Below, one piece after another: positions 59,641-64,000 of a stretch of 64,000 bases of DNA. Positions within the stretch are counted from its first letter, which is position 1. Each line of letters begins with the position of its first letter. The DNA comes from Octopus vulgaris. Its lineage: Eukaryota. A program made the translations under genes and the position numbers. The stretch covers positions 28,520,001-28,584,000 of the forward strand of contig OX597825.1 in NCBI GenBank assembly GCA_951406725.2. Reading direction: 5' to 3'. A model generated the notes under the pieces. The model searched no databases. It was not told the DNA's origin and saw only the letters and a list, made by a program, of their open reading frames with translations.

Positions 59641-59644
<4 letters not shown>
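59340..59644 (+). mobile_element. tRNA-derived SINE, unit 5
   Basis: Homologous to 4251-4556. Confidence 0.6.
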
Positions 59645-59689
<45 letters not shown>

Positions 59690-60209
59690 AATAATTATAA
59701 TAGGGAGTATAACTCCAAACTTACACACACACACACACACACACCCGCACACACACACACACTCGCACGCACGCACACACACAAATACATACATACATAC
59801 ATACATACATACACACATTTTCACTCACAAAATCTGAACTTTACAACAGAAAAAAGTGACGGTGCTGTTTTTTTCTTAAAACGTACTGTATTCATATATT
59901 ATTCGCATATAAATGTTAAAAAACATTCAGCCCATCTTCACTACAAAATGAAATTGAAATTGGTAACAATTGGAATCAATTCCACCATTCTACAAGATTT
60001 CATCTGATTTTTAAAATTGTTTCTAATTTTGAAAATTCCTCATGAAACTGTTTTGTTCAAATTTAGTTTTTAATTCAACTTTACAACCTTACATGTATAA
60101 TAGAAAATTTGTTCCAATAAAAAGAAATGTTGCTATATTTGATGTTTTATTGAAAAATTTCATTATTCACTTTTCACTTGCAATAAAATTCATTTGGTTA
60201 TTTCATTTA

Positions 60210-61955
60210 TCATAACTTTGATAGATTTCGGCCAGTACAGACCCAGGACATGTCTAATTAAATAACACCATATGGTGAAATCTTTTAGTGATATATTGGG
60301 CACCATGGCCCACTTTATCAAAGAGTTATTATTGCTGGAGACATATCTGGGTGTAGGAATTTTTGAAGAAATTTGTCCAGTGAACATTTGAATTTCATGG
60401 GACCCGTCTCCGTTTTAACTTAATTTGATATTAAAGAGAGCTGGACCGGTTGAGGTAAAGTAGCTGTGGCATAGTGTTTTTATGTGTCCTGACTTCGAAT
60501 TTTGTAGTGGGCTGATAGCACGGAAGCCAAGTCTTTGATGGATTTTAAAATTGATGCCAACATCATTTGTGCAATATTGATGGAATATTTTCCACATTCC
60601 AAAAATGATGTAGAGGTCCCGGCGGCGTTAGAGAGAGTAGAGATTAAGTTTTTTAGTCGACCCCAATAGTCAATGCCTGTTATGCCGTCCATCTTTCTTG
60701 TTATTGGCATCTGGAGTGCTTCCATTCACGTAATGAGTCACTTCTGATTGGGAGACCACAGTGGGCAACAGTATTCAAGGTAGGGTCGAGCAAAAGAAGC
60801 ATGATGGTGTGGGCATCTCTAGACCGGTAAGTTCTCAGAATCCAGCGGGCCAAGTCAAACTTGTTGTTTACGGAGGAACTCCAGCTTAGATTGTTATCAA
60901 CAATTACTTCAAGTTCTCTGGTGTTGTTGGATGACACTAGGGAGTCACCCAAGTGAAGGGCATGTAGCCGTTTCAGAGCATCCCCTTTTACAAAGCGGAC
61001 CAAATTTAACTTGTCTTCATTTAGAAGCATATTGTTCTTTTCCGCCCATTGGACAACAACAAACAGATCCGACTGAAGGCATGTTCGGTCTCCCATAGCG
61101 TTTATGGCCTTATGGAGTGTGGAATCATCTGCATTATGACGTCTATGTTGTCATTGATGTTGATAAGGAAGAGGAGTGGGCCCAACACAGTGCCTTGTGG
61201 GACACTACTACTGACTTTGGCTGAGATTGATCGGATTGCCTCAAACACAACATGTTGGGTTCTGTTCGTCTGGAAACTCTTTATCCACTGTAGCAGCTTT
61301 TCACGGACTCTAGTGTTGGACAGTCTTTTTTAGCAGGATTTTGTGGTTCAATCTGTCGAATGCCTCGTCAGCTTTGGAGCCTTCTCACAAAGCTTTTAAA
61401 ATATCATCAAAATGGTGCAGAAGCTGCGACAGGCAGTTCCTGCCATCACGGAAGCCATGCTGGTTGGTGTTCAGCAGATTATTGTCTCCGAAGTAGTGAG
61501 TTATTCACGATTTCAACACCCTCTCGAATACTTTAATGATATAAGAAGAGAGTGAAAGTGGACGGTAGTTCGCTGCAAGAGATTTGTTTCCCCTCTTTGA
61601 AAACTGGAACGACAGACTAGGAAAGAAAATAATCAGGAATGCAGCCTGTGTCAAGTGAATTCCTCCAGAGCTCAGCTAGAGTGGGTACAATTTGATGTCG
61701 ACACGTCTTCAGGACAGTGGGCGAGAACTTAAGGAACCAACAACTGAGTTGTGTTTGATTTTATCTATTTCTCTTAGGATATCCGGTGCACCAAAATTTA
61801 TGCCAGATATAGTTATTTGAGGGTTTACATCACTGATATTAGCCGGATCAACCTCATTAGCGTTACTGAAAACAGAGCAGTAAACAAAAACGGAAGGAAA
61901 TGTATGTTCATCTGTTTCTAGGATGTTCATTCCAGTTGTATGGTCAACTGAACTA
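60210..61955 (-). mobile_element. Old CR1-like LINE remnant, unit 5
   Basis: Homologous to 5090-6870. Confidence 0.8.
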
Positions 61956-62681
61956 GTAACTCATTCAACTGGTATTTTTTTTTTTTATAAATTTTCAAAG
62001 GATGAAAGGCAACGTTAACCTAGGTAGAATTTGAACTCAGAATGTAAAGCATTTTGCCTAGTGTGCTAATGATTCTGTCAGCTCGTAGTCTTGTGTTTAG
62101 ACATTATATTAACATAGAACTGAGTATACCCCATCACACATCACATGCACGTATATATTAATGATGTAAACAAATACATGACAAATATGCATAATACTGA
62201 AAAAGCATGAAGTAAATACATGCAGACAAATATATTAATTTAAGAAATAATAAAAATATACAAAATACTTTAGAAATCAATGAAGGGACAAAAGAAAAAG
62301 TAAGATGATACATGTTGACATTACTAGGTAATATGTAATTTCACAGGCGCTAAACTATAAATTTCACAGGGTAAAACCTTAAAGTTGACACCGCTAAGTT
62401 GACACCACTACAACGCAGAAAATTTTTGTCTCTCTATTCGCTAAAAACACACAGTTTTGTCGATTTTTAAATGTCTGTAACGTTTTTGTCACATTTTTTC
62501 TCCGCTTCATTTGAATAAGAGTGGAAAACTACTTCAATATAATCGATTTTCAGATTTTTACTTCCTTTAAAAAAATGCATATTCTGTGAATGAATTTAAC
62601 TAAATCTAGCTGGTGCTTGACCACGAAAAAAAACATAGATGTGAATGTGCGCGCGTGGATGTGTGCGTATGTGTGTGCGTT

Positions 62682-62735
<54 letters not shown>

Positions 62736-63439
62736 TGTGTGTGTGTGTTCCTTCCCCTGTTTTCTATCTGTCGCTCTCTCTCTTTCTTGCCCTCTATTTC
62801 CCCCTCTGCAGCTTACACCTGACCTTTGGCCAGTCTTCCTTTCTTTCTCTCCCTTTTTCACTCCAGTTCCGTAGCTGAACGTTCGCAAATTCCCTATCTC
62901 ATTGTCTTGCTATTTGCTGTTATCTATTCATTTAGGATGCCTTTTAAGCATTACCCACCATTCTTGCCTTTTTGGTTCTGAGGCTATATTTTGCTCGTTT
63001 CTTATTTATTTCGTCTTTTTCCATCGTCTTAAATTACATTTATTCACGTTCGTCTTTCCACTCTGCATTGTTTTGTTTGCTCTCGGCCCTATATTCTCCG
63101 AACTTTCGACGGCACCGCCTGCATACTGAGTTCTCAGTATTATCATTAATGGTGCGAAACTGAGTAATACCACCTGGTTGATAACAAATCGCAAATATAC
63201 TTGTCAAAAATGACAAAAATCAATGTTTTACCCTGCAACAAGTACCAAACAATCCAAAACAGTTGTGCAAAAACTAACTCGCCGCCCCGCAGGGCGAAAA
63301 CCCTCCTCAAAACGACGACAACTGTTCCACATCAAGAGCGCAACCGTAACTTCAACACACAAATCAACAACAAAAACACACCAATTAAACAAACACACTG
63401 AGCAACAGCAGCCGAACGCAGAAGAGTGACAAGCACCGG

Positions 63440-64000
63440 TTGGCGATAAAATCTTTATTATGGTCAAACTGATCGTACATAGACAAAGACATTACAAGAA
63501 AAACAAATACAAAAATCTTATATGAGTTCGAATGAGCATTAAGCTAAAAATGTACTGAAAAAATATTTTATGTAAAGATTAATTTTTACCTTTGACTATA
63601 ACTTAAAAAAAACGGAAATAGCGAAAGAAAACGAATAAAAGCTCAAACAGATCGAACCCGGCAGCCTATAAGGCCCAACAACTATCTTTTCCTTTCCTCA
63701 ATGATTAAACTGGTTTACTAACACTCACCTATCTCATCACATCCTTCCATCGTTTCTCGTATTCACTCGGTGGCAGGGTCTTCCTCTCAACCCCATCTTG
63801 CTCTTCAGATGGTATCTGAAGTAGGACAACAAACCGGGGCCAGAGATTAAAGACCCTGTTAGAGAACCTTCCATTCTTGTCCTCCAAACACACACTTTCA
63901 GTACTTCAAACGTACAGTAAAAACATGCCTTAACTTTTTTTGAGAGTCCAGTTGGCGGTATCATTTTTATCATAGATCCACCCGACAGCTGTACTCGTCC
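63440..64000 (-). mobile_element. Tx1/L1-clade LINE remnant, unit 5, truncated by the window end
   Basis: Homologous to 8330-8890. Confidence 0.8.

Overview
Eukaryotic, AT-rich and microsatellite-dense DNA; the SINE, LINE and microsatellite content looks cephalopod/octopus-like, which is an inference. The whole window is a head-to-tail tandem array of five copies of one unit, with stop-to-stop spacings of 14560, 18470, 13299 and 8752 bp. Each unit carries an intronless gene of about 5046 bp (about 1681 aa when intact) for an unusual receptor-type guanylyl cyclase: signal peptide, three predicted Ig-like modules, an ANF-receptor/Venus-flytrap domain, three EGF-like repeats, a TM helix, a kinase-homology domain, a coiled coil and a cyclase domain. 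The gene is followed by a shared spacer of retroelement and MITE relics. Copy 1 is intact as far as visible. Copies 2 and 3 are each broken only by a 1-bp length change in the same G-run (G7 and G5, versus G6 in copy 1). Copies 4 and 5 are multiply damaged pseudogenes that share a ~1.04-kb in-frame deletion, a nonsense codon and a strongly divergent version of the third N-terminal module. All copies lack the second metal-binding Asp of the cyclase (ETISASY instead of ETIGDAY). Unit-specific events include a young CR1-like LINE inside a hugely expanded (TA)n, a Dong/R4-like 3' end in (TAA)n, microhomology deletions and a templated hairpin mutation.
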